Positions 19,628-28,349 of a DNA stretch of 56,353 nt are shown here, piece by piece; position 1 is the stretch's first letter, and every line of letters begins with the position of its first letter. The position numbers and the translations under genes are program-made. Origin of the DNA: a virus (lineage: Duplodnaviria; Caudoviricetes); IMG/VR virus record IMGVR_UViG_3300046804_004565, positions 1 to 56,353 of that record. One strand, given 5' to 3'. The notes beneath the pieces are model-generated. The model saw only the letters and a program-made list of their open reading frames with translations. It was not told the origin of the DNA and did not search any database.

Positions 19628-20416
19628 TCAAACGCACGATATTGCCAATGTCCAAGATGTCCCGACGCCGCCTTCGCAATTTGGTATCACTCGAACCCTA
19701 AGTGTTGTTGTTCCAGATGGAATGGTGACAGTAGGAGTATATGTGTTTGAAATGCATCCAGAATCCGCAATCGATACTCCGTTTGCATATAAGATCAGTC
19801 TATCTTTTTGCATGTATGCATTGAATGAAACATTTATGCTTCCTCCACCGACAAAATCACTCGTCACATCGTATGTTACATCATATCCCTCGTCCCCTCC
19901 GGAAGAATTAAGATTTAGAGAACAAAATCCGCCAGGAAAAGGAGTTCCAGATGGAGTCACCGTTGGAGTTGGAGTTGGTGGAGGTAAACTGGTGGTTGGT
20001 GTCGGAGTTACTGTCGGCGTCGGGGTTAGTGTTATGGTAGGACTTGGTGTTGGAGTTGGTGAGGCGGGTATTTCCACGGCAAATGGATTGCATACACATT
20101 GAAATCTCCAACCGGTGTTGTCCCCAGAATCAGTTTCTTTTCCCCATACTTCTCTTGGTCGCAAAAACTTTACCTCATATGATTCCGGTACAGAAGAAAA
20201 TGTATGAAACTTTCGGTCGGAATTAGGGTATTTGAATTCGGAGGCAGATCCTATAAAACGTCTCTTTGGTATATACAGTTCTTTCGCCAATACTCCATCG
20301 TCGTTAACAAGATAAAATCGTTCGCCTTCTCTATAGAACAGTTGTCCAATTTTGGCGGACACTATTCCTTCCGGATTTGATTCTTTAAGATTTAAAAGTA
20401 TGTAATTTTGTTTCAT
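19628..20416 (-). CDS. Paralog family member 5: PT linker plus small Cys-containing beta domain
   Basis: [12 protein letters not shown]...EVWGK...TGWRF; PT tract. Confidence 0.75.
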   Translation of the reverse strand: MKQNYILLNLKESNPEGIVSAKIGQLFYREGERFYLVNDDGVLAKELYIPKRRFIGSASEFKYPNSDRKFHTFSSVPESYEVKFLRPREVWGKETDSGDNTGWRFQCVCNPFAVEIPASPTPTPSPTITLTPTPTVTPTPTTSLPPPTPTPTVTPSGTPFPGGFCSLNLNSSGGDEGYDVTYDVTSDFVGGGSINVSFNAYMQKDRLILYANGVSIADSGCISNTYTPTVTIPSGTTTLRVRVIPNCEGGVGTSWTLAISCV

Positions 20417-20427
20417 CTGCTGTTATG

Positions 20428-20856
20428 TTAAAACACCGATGCGGCGGTTCCTCCATCAAGAATCACATCACCGTATACTGGTCCAGCTCCTGATGCGTTT
20501 CCTCCATCCACATAATAAATATTGGCGGTAGGAGTTGCTGTAGTCAGGTTTATCGACTTGGAAGAAACAAACTTCCATCCTTTGGCGTTGAATCCAGAAC
20601 CTGTTTTTATCCAAAGTTCGTGGGCTTTTTCAAATACTATATATTTGTTGGTTATTGACGGATACCAAAGCTCGTTATAGTATTTTGTGGCGAAGCTTCT
20701 TTTTCTTACGTCTATTCTCTGATACTGGTTGTTCTTTATCAGATAAAAAAGATCGTTTCCTGACCTGTAAAAGTATGTGCCTGGAAAAGCGCGGATGATT
20801 TTTTCCGGATTGGCGTTTTCCAATTCAACCTGGCGTGTCTTTGGCAGAAATCTCAT
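20428..20856 (-). CDS. Paralog family member 6: shared module plus short DGGxA tail
   Basis: ANPEKIIRAFPG...ELWIKT...KGWKF; VDGGNA / LDGGTA. Confidence 0.7.
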   Translation of the reverse strand: MRFLPKTRQVELENANPEKIIRAFPGTYFYRSGNDLFYLIKNNQYQRIDVRKRSFATKYYNELWYPSITNKYIVFEKAHELWIKTGSGFNAKGWKFVSSKSINLTTATPTANIYYVDGGNASGAGPVYGDVILDGGTAASVF

Positions 20857-20902
20857 ATATATAATAAATATAACGAGATCCCAACTTCAACTTATTATAT
20901 TA

Positions 20903-21211
20903 TCAAGATGTTGGCGGAGTTGACAAGTTCTCTATTTCTTTGACCACTTCCATCAACACCTTCTTGCGGCTGTTGATGACAGTATCATACTTCTTCATCT
21001 TTTTGAGTTTGACGCCCAGTATCTTGTCAAATCTGTCTTTTTGCTTCTTGTAAGCCTGATATATCTTGTCTTTCTCGGCATTATAATCAGCCAATTCCTG
21101 TTCTACTTTCTTCTTCCACTCGTTGAGGAGATATACTTTTTGATCCGGCGTTATTTCACCATTAGGATCTATCTTCATCTGATTGTCTGTCGTAACAGTT
21201 TCGTCGCTCAT
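20903..21211 (-). CDS. Coiled-coil hypothetical protein
   Basis: K/E-rich helical ORF. Confidence 0.6.
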   Translation of the reverse strand: MSDETVTTDNQMKIDPNGEITPDQKVYLLNEWKKKVEQELADYNAEKDKIYQAYKKQKDRFDKILGVKLKKMKKYDTVINSRKKVLMEVVKEIENLSTPPTS

Positions 21212-21762
21212 ACATCACCTTGTTTTTCTTCCTGCACTTCTATCTGAATATCCTCCGGAGCTTCAGTTTCGGCTATTTTGAATGTTTTGCGGCAACCGAA
21301 TGGATTATTAACGTGCAGGAAATAGCAGTTATAGCACAGAAATTCAAGATTCTCACCTTTCTTGTTCTTGGCGTTGCCGTCGATATAGTTCAATAATACC
21401 GGAACAACATTGTCAGATATTCTGCGTTCGCTGAATCCGCATTTGTTGCACTTTTCTTCCATTCTTTTGGAACGGATAAGACGGGTCTTGAGACGATTGG
21501 TGCTATAGTTTGGAAATTTGCCTTCTAAAATCTTGTTCAGTGGATACTTTCCGCTGTCTTCGTTCTTGATCGCCTTGCTGATTCCTTTTCCAGCCATATT
21601 TGCCACTCTGCCATACAGCCCATACATCTTGGCATATTTGCGATATGTCATAAAGCTCACACCCAGCTTGCGCGAGCACTCTGCTTCTGTTTTGCTTATG
21701 CTCTGGGCGGCGAGGATTTCGCTCTCCAATAGCATTCTTGTTGGTCTTCCTTTGAGTAGCAT
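21208..21762 (-). CDS. HTH plus degenerate HNH-like zinc-binding protein
   Basis: SKTEAECSRKLGVS (HTH-like); CNKC...LNYIDGN..N...NLEFLCYNC. Confidence 0.65.
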   Translation of the reverse strand: MLLKGRPTRMLLESEILAAQSISKTEAECSRKLGVSFMTYRKYAKMYGLYGRVANMAGKGISKAIKNEDSGKYPLNKILEGKFPNYSTNRLKTRLIRSKRMEEKCNKCGFSERRISDNVVPVLLNYIDGNAKNKKGENLEFLCYNCYFLHVNNPFGCRKTFKIAETEAPEDIQIEVQEEKQGDV

Positions 21763-21774
21763 AAATAACCTTTC

Positions 21775-22029
21775 TTATTTTTCAGATGATACAATGGTGC
21801 TGTATGTGTTTGATACGATGACAAAATCTCCAAGTTCTTTTCTGTCTATCAGAAAAGATTCATCTCTTGTCCATATGAAAATATAATCATCCTGTTCGTG
21901 ATATGAACAGGACTTGAAAGTCTTGGCACCAACTCCCTTGATGCTTACATAAAGCGTCTCGTGATAATCTTCCTCGGTCAAGTGTTGACCCCAATCCTTC
22001 TGAAGTTGTATCGCCTGTTTGCTTGTCAT
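21775..22029 (-). CDS. Hypothetical protein
   Basis: Start set at MTSKQ to avoid overlap. Confidence 0.55.
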   Translation of the reverse strand: MTSKQAIQLQKDWGQHLTEEDYHETLYVSIKGVGAKTFKSCSYHEQDDYIFIWTRDESFLIDRKELGDFVIVSNTYSTIVSSEK

Positions 22030-22033
22030 ATGA

Positions 22034-22381
22034 TCACTCCGATATTCCTGCATCGTCCTTCGCCAAGTCTTGACCAGATTCTTTCAGGAAACTCTTTCTC
22101 AGATCTTCCGCCAAAGAATATTGGGCCGCGTTGTTCAATGCTACATATGCATTCACCAGCTTTTCCTTGCGTGAATTTTTTGTCTTTTTCACGATGAGAA
22201 GAGCACCGATGTTGAAGGTCGTTGGCTTCTTGAGTTCCTGTTCTATCGCACGGGCACAAGCTTCAAACAGTTGCGAATTTTCGGTGTCAAAAATTTCCGA
22301 ATCTATGGATACCGGCTGCACCCAATCCGGACCTTCCACATAATAAGTGACTGTTTTAGTCTGCGATTTCATTTTGCTCAT
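22034..22381 (-). CDS. Hypothetical protein
   Basis: 115-aa ORF; TATTTATA directly upstream. Confidence 0.65.
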   Translation of the reverse strand: MSKMKSQTKTVTYYVEGPDWVQPVSIDSEIFDTENSQLFEACARAIEQELKKPTTFNIGALLIVKKTKNSRKEKLVNAYVALNNAAQYSLAEDLRKSFLKESGQDLAKDDAGISE

Positions 22382-22390
22382 ATATAAATA

Positions 22391-24070
22391 TTAATTAAAT
22401 TCAGTTCCTATTGATACATCTCCATCATTTATGGTGTCGAGGGCTTGTAATTTTAATTTTACCTTCTCACACACCTCTTCTTCAACCGTGTTAGCCACGA
22501 AAACTATCTTTTGCAGGGATTTTGTTTTGCCACCATCTCTCCAAACTCTGCCCAGCGCCTGTCTTAGATCTACGGCAGATGGTGTGGGTGATATAAGTGC
22601 GATTCTTGGATAGTTTCCATTCAGATCGTGCAAACTAAGTCCGGCTCCTCCCGCCTTCACGTTCACTATAATAACTCTTTTTTTATCGGCTTGAAAGGCG
22701 GCAATATTGTCGTCGCGTTCACTTCCTTTGTTTTCGCCCCATACAACACAGTTTGTATCCAACCGCTTGCTTAATGCTCGCACGGATTCGCTGAAATTTA
22801 CGAATATGACCACGCTCATACCAGCTTCTATGGAATCTTCCGCCATTTCAACAAACAACGGTATTTTTATAAGTTCAGCTTGTTGTCTGGCTCGTAGCAT
22901 AATGGTCATTGCATTCAACTTATATTCTTTAGTATTTTTACAAACCGCCCTAAGATACGCCAACTCCTTGTCCATCTCTTCGTAGATATGCTTGAGTTCT
23001 TTCTCGGATTGTTCATCGATGTTATATGCCTCGGCAATAACTTCGCTGTCCGGAAATCCTTTGATATCCTCACGGCGTATTCTCACACCTCGTTCGAGAA
23101 AAAGGTCAGCGTGAAGTTTTCTTAATACATCCTTGCTACCATCAAACTCCCAACCAAATCTTCCTTTATCGCAACCGTGCTCTCGCAAAAATGTAGTCCA
23201 CTTACCATTCTTGTATACTCCTGTGATAAGACCAACTGTCTTTAGTTCGATTGGATTGATAGCATTGGTCGCGGAGCAGCATAGTATCTTATATCCCTGT
23301 TTGTGCGCGGCTATGGCGATTTCAGAGTTGATGGTACCGTGACCTTTGAGACGATGACTTTCGTCAAATATGATCAATGTGTTCTTATGGAGATTCCATT
23401 GAAAGAATTGGCGGTTGCTGGTGCGGCTAATTGGTTTCCATACACCAATCTCTTTATACTTCCCCGTCTTCACGGACTCGTAGTTCAATACGAATTCGGG
23501 CTTCATCCCAAAGTGATTAATTATGACTTTGTTCCAAGAGTATATGACTGCCTTGGGACATACCACGGCAATCTTCATACCAAGCTCTCTTGCTACAGCC
23601 ACGGCGGCATATGTCTTGCCAGCACCGGTATCACTGCCATCAAGCGCCGCTTTATGTTGCAGAATAGCTGCGCACAGCTTTGATACAACAGGAACCTGAA
23701 ACTCTCTTAGTCCGGTTATGTTTTTTACTTCGTAACTCTTCAGAGAACTTGTTGTAGGCACATCAATTTTCTTGGTGGCATTGTCTTTACCGAAGTCTTC
23801 TCTGAAGTCGGCTTTGTATGTCTGCCATTCATACAACGCCCATTGATTTAATTTATTCTTGCCTATGCTATATCCCTGCGCCTTGAGATTGATCTTGCTG
23901 TTATTCCAGAATACAAAAAATCCTTCAAGATAATCTTGAGGTATAACCCACCAGCGCATCCACTTAGGACCATATTTGGTGTTTACCTTGGCTGGCTCGG
24001 ACCAGTTTATGAATAACTTTTTATCAGTTCCCATGAACGTCTTTTGTTCGCTTGAATCTGTCAGCTTCAA
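22391..24070 (-). CDS. Superfamily 2 (SNF2-like) helicase/ATPase
   Basis: DTGAGKT, DESH, SAT, GGAGLSL, QALGRVWRDG. Confidence 0.9.
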   Translation of the reverse strand: MKLTDSSEQKTFMGTDKKLFINWSEPAKVNTKYGPKWMRWWVIPQDYLEGFFVFWNNSKINLKAQGYSIGKNKLNQWALYEWQTYKADFREDFGKDNATKKIDVPTTSSLKSYEVKNITGLREFQVPVVSKLCAAILQHKAALDGSDTGAGKTYAAVAVARELGMKIAVVCPKAVIYSWNKVIINHFGMKPEFVLNYESVKTGKYKEIGVWKPISRTSNRQFFQWNLHKNTLIIFDESHRLKGHGTINSEIAIAAHKQGYKILCCSATNAINPIELKTVGLITGVYKNGKWTTFLREHGCDKGRFGWEFDGSKDVLRKLHADLFLERGVRIRREDIKGFPDSEVIAEAYNIDEQSEKELKHIYEEMDKELAYLRAVCKNTKEYKLNAMTIMLRARQQAELIKIPLFVEMAEDSIEAGMSVVIFVNFSESVRALSKRLDTNCVVWGENKGSERDDNIAAFQADKKRVIIVNVKAGGAGLSLHDLNGNYPRIALISPTPSAVDLRQALGRVWRDGGKTKSLQKIVFVANTVEEEVCEKVKLKLQALDTINDGDVSIGTEFN

Positions 24071-24341
24071 AGATGTTGCATTTTACGGGAGTAGAGTCGT
24101 TGCGTATGACGCCGATATTGAAATACTGTTCCATTTGATCATAAAAGGCTCTGCCAGTCGGTTCGTCGGCGCTATGACCAATACTTTCGGCATTGTTCAT
24201 ATATTGAGCGCGGGTCTGCTTCAGATGACGTTGGCACATTCCTTCCAAGTGCTTGATGACACCGCCAATGGTTTCAAACAGAATTACTGGATTTTTTCCG
24301 TTCTGTTTCACGGTGCTGTCCACGATATAATATTTTGGCAT
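24024..24341 (-). CDS. Hypothetical protein
   Basis: 105-aa ORF. Confidence 0.6.
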   Translation of the reverse strand: MPKYYIVDSTVKQNGKNPVILFETIGGVIKHLEGMCQRHLKQTRAQYMNNAESIGHSADEPTGRAFYDQMEQYFNIGVIRNDSTPVKCNIFEADRFKRTKDVHGN

Positions 24342-24359
24342 ATAACCTTTTATTTTTTA

Positions 24360-24515
24360 TCAACCCAGTCGCAGGTCGCCAGTGATTTTCACCAGATGGT
24401 TGACATCATTCTTGAGCCAGATGTCGCCGTTGCCATCAACGGTGATAAGATCTAAATCTACTGCTTGCTGAACTGTGATTGGATTTCCTTGATAGTATAT
24501 TTGTCCTGTGTACAT
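24360..24515 (-). CDS. Small hypothetical protein (51 aa)
   Basis: Manual translation MYTGQIYYQGNPITVQQAVDLDLI...; both promoter motif types lie upstream. Confidence 0.5.
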   Translation of the reverse strand: MYTGQIYYQGNPITVQQAVDLDLITVDGNGDIWLKNDVNHLVKITGDLRLG

Positions 24516-24603
24516 AGTTTGAATGGGTTGTATATATAAATATAAGATTGTCTACTATTATGCTTGTGCATATTGCAATTGTCAATATATATTTATACAC
24601 AAG

Positions 24604-24999
24604 ATGAAGCTAAAGAAACTATTAGAACAGCAAGGTGTGGATATAGAAAACAAGGTAGCGACGTTTGAGCGCACACTACAATCATTATACCCAGAGATAG
24701 ACGAAGTGGGAATATACTATGATAGAAACAACGGCAGCTTGTTTCTTAGCGACTTTTATATCAAACCAGAACATAGAGGCAAAGGAGTTGGCACAAAAGT
24801 AATGAATAGCATTGTTCAGTTCGCCAACAATGTTAAGCTCCCAATTGTTCTCATACCAGAACCCGAAGATGATGATATGTCAACATCAGATCTGATAAAC
24901 TTTTATAAGAAGTTCGGATTTGTAGTAAACAAAGGCAAGAAGAAGGATTATACTTTCAGCGACCCATTTGCGTTGACGATGTATCGTCTGCCGTCATAA
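24604..24999 (+). CDS. GNAT-family acetyltransferase-like protein
   Basis: IKPEHRGKGVGT acetyl-CoA motif, FYKKFGF; start set at MKLKKLL after TATTTATA. Confidence 0.85.
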   Translation: MKLKKLLEQQGVDIENKVATFERTLQSLYPEIDEVGIYYDRNNGSLFLSDFYIKPEHRGKGVGTKVMNSIVQFANNVKLPIVLIPEPEDDDMSTSDLINFYKKFGFVVNKGKKKDYTFSDPFALTMYRLPS

Positions 25000-26058
25000 A
25001 CGGCCATAGTCCTTAAGTTTCGACTTTATATAGTCTTCGACCTTGTTGTCTGCTTGTGATAACTTGTCACCGACATATTTGCTGTTCCATTGAGACAAGC
25101 TTCCTTTGATGATAGTCTTTACTTCATCGGGTATGCTTGGATTTTCCTTGATATCCTGAATATGATTGATGAGATTTTCATTTGTTGTGTCGGCAACGTG
25201 ATGTTTGTATAAGAATATTATTGTCACTATCACACATATAACAAGTGCAGCGGCAAGTATCATCCAACCTTGTATATGTGGTATGGCGACGGCTGCGCCT
25301 CCGAATGTCGCCGCCGCGATGGCAAGAGATGATTTGCCAACAGGAGAATATATTGTTCCCAAGACACATAGTGCCGCCATTATTCCACAGCCAATCATGA
25401 GCTTGGTCTGCATTCTTTCGACGGCAGCAGCATTGTCCAACTTCTCTTGGAGTGCGGCTTGTATCTTGGCGTTTGCTTCTTTGAGTTTATCATTCAGTGA
25501 TTTGGCATCAGTTATATATTTCTGCTCTGTCTTCAGCCATTCATCCTTTGCCGCCTGAACTTCTTTCTTTGCTATATTGGCTTGATCAACCAATCTGGCA
25601 TTATCTGCCACAACCTGGTTGTGCTTCTTTATCAAATCCTCCAAGCTTGTTTTCTTTTCGTCCAATTCGTCCTTCAGCCTTTGATTTTCTGCCTTGATTG
25701 CTTCATATGTCGGACTTTTTCCTATCGCAGCCTGCGCTTCAACTACTCTGTTGTTGATTATGAGATCCAATCTGCTTGGGGTCGTATAAAACTTAAACGC
25801 TTCATTGGCACCATATAGCTTGTTGGCACCTTCCTGTAGCTGGTTGTCCTGTGCTTGGATTGTCTTTTCAAGCTTTACTTGGACATCGCTTATTTTGGAC
25901 GCCACATCGGCATCGTGTTTCTTTTTCAGATCGTCTATCTGTCTTTCAACGTCCGATTTTCTGCTATATTCCTTATATAGAATACTCTCCAGAAGATGAC
26001 ACCCCGTCAGACTTAGTGCCAGTATCATTAGGAGCAATTGAAAAACCATTTTTTTCAT
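24994..26058 (-). CDS. Lipoprotein with long coiled coil and C-terminal TM segments
   Basis: Lipobox LSLTGC; ~200-aa heptad-rich region; 2-3 hydrophobic helices. Confidence 0.7.
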   Translation of the reverse strand: MKKMVFQLLLMILALSLTGCHLLESILYKEYSRKSDVERQIDDLKKKHDADVASKISDVQVKLEKTIQAQDNQLQEGANKLYGANEAFKFYTTPSRLDLIINNRVVEAQAAIGKSPTYEAIKAENQRLKDELDEKKTSLEDLIKKHNQVVADNARLVDQANIAKKEVQAAKDEWLKTEQKYITDAKSLNDKLKEANAKIQAALQEKLDNAAAVERMQTKLMIGCGIMAALCVLGTIYSPVGKSSLAIAAATFGGAAVAIPHIQGWMILAAALVICVIVTIIFLYKHHVADTTNENLINHIQDIKENPSIPDEVKTIIKGSLSQWNSKYVGDKLSQADNKVEDYIKSKLKDYGRL

Positions 26059-26230
26059 AAAATTTCATCGTCTCCTGTATCACCTCGTTGAAATGATTTT
26101 TGCATATTCCGTGGCTTGTTCTATAGCCATCATCCTTGAACTGTTTTGTGATGATTTTGTCCGAATCGCACCAAGCGCATAGTTCAACGAATTTTGTAAC
26201 CTTGTTTTCATTTAGTATGGGGTCGTACAT
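25973..26230 (-). CDS. Small Cys/His zinc-binding hypothetical protein
   Basis: CAWC...SHGICKNH. Confidence 0.55.
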   Translation of the reverse strand: MYDPILNENKVTKFVELCAWCDSDKIITKQFKDDGYRTSHGICKNHFNEVIQETMKFYEKNGFSIAPNDTGTKSDGVSSSGEYSI

Positions 26231-26238
26231 TTGGTAAT

Positions 26239-26598
26239 CTATTCCTGATACACGAGATCTCCTTGGAATTTTATACCCAAAACCTTTTCTACCAATCTGA
26301 GTGCGGCGTTTTGATTTCCCGAATTGACCAGTTCATCAAACTGCTTCTTTTGTTCATCGGTGGCAACACTAAAGAACTTGAATACTTCCATTACACCGGC
26401 ATTATTTGCAAACACAGCCTCTTTCATCGGAGGAGTTTCTTTGACATTCTTTTTGTCGGTATCAAACGCCTTTATTGTCCACCGACCAGCCATATCACTT
26501 GTTATGCCAGCGCGAGGTTCCTTGATCTCGGAACCTCCTTCGCTGATTGTCTCTTGTATCAGAGAACAATAGTGATTGACTGGGTCGTGTTTTACCAT
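26239..26598 (-). CDS. Hypothetical protein
   Basis: 119-aa ORF. Confidence 0.6.
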   Translation of the reverse strand: MVKHDPVNHYCSLIQETISEGGSEIKEPRAGITSDMAGRWTIKAFDTDKKNVKETPPMKEAVFANNAGVMEVFKFFSVATDEQKKQFDELVNSGNQNAALRLVEKVLGIKFQGDLVYQE

Positions 26599-27419
26599 TT
26601 TTCTTCTAATCCCGCTTGAATTTGACTTGCGAAGTGATTGAGTGGATCTGCTGGAGTTGTGAACAATGGTGTCTTGCCGTAAGATACGGTGTTCTTGTCA
26701 TTGATCACTTTTGTTTCTGGCGCAGTAAGGTTTGTGGATGCCAATGCTGGCTGTGCTCCACTTCCTACTCCGGAACTCTTGAGAGGCTTTTGAGCAGGAA
26801 CTTCTGGTTCAACTGGAGCGGTCAGCGTTACAACGGCAACTTGTGGAGCTTCCATATCGCCGCACTCTTCGAGACCAGCAGCCTTTAGCTTGGTATAATA
26901 TTTTGGATCTTCTTTGAGATGGTCCATAGCAATCTTGGTTGCCAAAGCATCATCCTTTGTATGCTCGTGTTCAATCTTTTTTCCCATTTCCAATTCTTTT
27001 GGGTCAATGTTTTCCATAATATCTCCTTGTTTGTCTGATTTAAAATACATATCCAAATCGCTATAATACTTTGGATTGGTTTGTAGATTTTTGATTACGA
27101 TTGGGCGAGCAACATCCTTGCTTGGATATTCCATATGCTTCATTTCCCAACGCAGTCCTGCCATAATTTCATCTGGACTGAATCTATCATCTTTAAGATC
27201 GTCTTTGGTGATGGTATCATACAATGAACTACCAATCACAGTATTGCCTTGCATATATGTGTATCGGCGGCTTGCTGGATAATCATCCAATCGACGCGAT
27301 GTCTGGTTGCTTGAAAACGTTCCTGCCCAATTGGTTGGAGCTACTGCTCCACCTGCCATTGCTCCGCCACCATATCCAGCAGATTGCCCAACAAAATATT
27401 CTGCGATTGATTTAGCCAT
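26592..27419 (-). CDS. DUF5661-like domain protein with internal duplication
   Basis: ELEMGKKIEHEHT...IAMDHLKEDPKYYTKL plus a degenerate copy EIMAGLRWEMKH...NPKYYSDL; family name from memory. Confidence 0.65.
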   Translation of the reverse strand: MAKSIAEYFVGQSAGYGGGAMAGGAVAPTNWAGTFSSNQTSRRLDDYPASRRYTYMQGNTVIGSSLYDTITKDDLKDDRFSPDEIMAGLRWEMKHMEYPSKDVARPIVIKNLQTNPKYYSDLDMYFKSDKQGDIMENIDPKELEMGKKIEHEHTKDDALATKIAMDHLKEDPKYYTKLKAAGLEECGDMEAPQVAVVTLTAPVEPEVPAQKPLKSSGVGSGAQPALASTNLTAPETKVINDKNTVSYGKTPLFTTPADPLNHFASQIQAGLEEKW

Positions 27420-27705
27420 TGATTAGTCCTCTTTTTAAAACTGGTTCATTGCGTATTCCCATTTTTCCCTTAAGCATATTAAGTGCTGCCTTTGGGTTCA
27501 TTCTACCAAAGTTGACGCCGAGAATACCATGCTCATTACAAAACTTCTGTAGTTCTTTGACATCATCTTCGTTGTAATCAGATATGGCTGACTCTTCTGA
27601 TCTTTTCTTGAGTAGATTATTGATGTCACTCAATGACACTTCATCTTTGCCCTTGCCATTTGGGCGAAGCATAGAAAGGTTCATCGTATTCCATTGTTCG
27701 TTCAT
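27412..27705 (-). CDS. Hypothetical protein
   Basis: 97-aa ORF; TATTTATA upstream. Confidence 0.6.
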   Translation of the reverse strand: MNEQWNTMNLSMLRPNGKGKDEVSLSDINNLLKKRSEESAISDYNEDDVKELQKFCNEHGILGVNFGRMNPKAALNMLKGKMGIRNEPVLKRGLING

Positions 27706-27757
27706 ATATATGGTCTTATATAAATATAAGCCAGAGCATCTATTCTACCTTTTTATA

Positions 27758-27853
27758 TCAAAAGATGCAGCCAAGAACTGCAAGCGCCACAAGTATTACC
27801 ACTATAACTGCTAAAACCGTTTTAATACCGTTTAGCAGTTTTTTAATCATCAT
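27758..27853 (-). CDS. 31-aa single-TM peptide
   Basis: Manual translation MMIKKLLNGIKTVLAVIVVILVALAVLGCIF*; ATGA overlap with the upstream stop. Confidence 0.45.
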   Translation of the reverse strand: MMIKKLLNGIKTVLAVIVVILVALAVLGCIF

Positions 27854-28278
27854 GAACCATATGATCCCAAACCCAACTTCTTCTTCTCTTCTGGCGTGAG
27901 TATATTCTTTACAAAGTGCTTGGTTATTCTACCACTCATTACATTAGCTTCGTCTTCTATCTCACCGCCAATTTCAGGAATATTATCAGTTATTCTCTTT
28001 TCATAATCCTGCTTCATATGTGTTAGTTCGTGAGCAATAGTTCTGCAATAGTCAATCATATGTCTACCGCCAGCAATACTGCTGATTGTTTTGGTGGATG
28101 GCATATATGCTCCGGTAGTAATAGGTTCGTTTGGATTTGCTCCAAGTAATCTGATGGTAATAGGTTTATCACCCAACCCAAGCTGTTCAACGGCATACTT
28201 TACATATTTGGCAATAAGAACCTGAGTATCTTTATCAATACTTGGGCATCCTTTGACTATTACCAGTTTGGCATTCAT
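27850..28278 (-). CDS. HExxH zinc metallopeptidase-like protein
   Basis: TIAHELTHMKQ...EDEAN. Confidence 0.7.
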   Translation of the reverse strand: MNAKLVIVKGCPSIDKDTQVLIAKYVKYAVEQLGLGDKPITIRLLGANPNEPITTGAYMPSTKTISSIAGGRHMIDYCRTIAHELTHMKQDYEKRITDNIPEIGGEIEDEANVMSGRITKHFVKNILTPEEKKKLGLGSYGS

Positions 28279-28308
28279 ATAGGATAAATATATACCACTT
28301 TATATAAA

Positions 28309-28336
28309 TTGACAGTTTTTTGGGTGTGCTTAGAAT
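28309..28336 (+). promoter_or_regulatory. Promoter TTGACA-N16-TAGAAT for guaC
   Basis: Near-consensus boxes. Confidence 0.7.
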
Positions 28337-28349
28337 GTATCACCTAATT

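Noticed and set aside
10248-20856. Diversity-generating retroelement acting on the adhesins
   Set aside because: No reverse transcriptase in the window and no adenine-specific TR/VR repeat pair noticed.
27806-27840. Terminator aactgctaaa...tttagcagtt
   Set aside because: Weak AT-rich stem with a 15-nt loop, inside a small TM-peptide ORF; not enough support.
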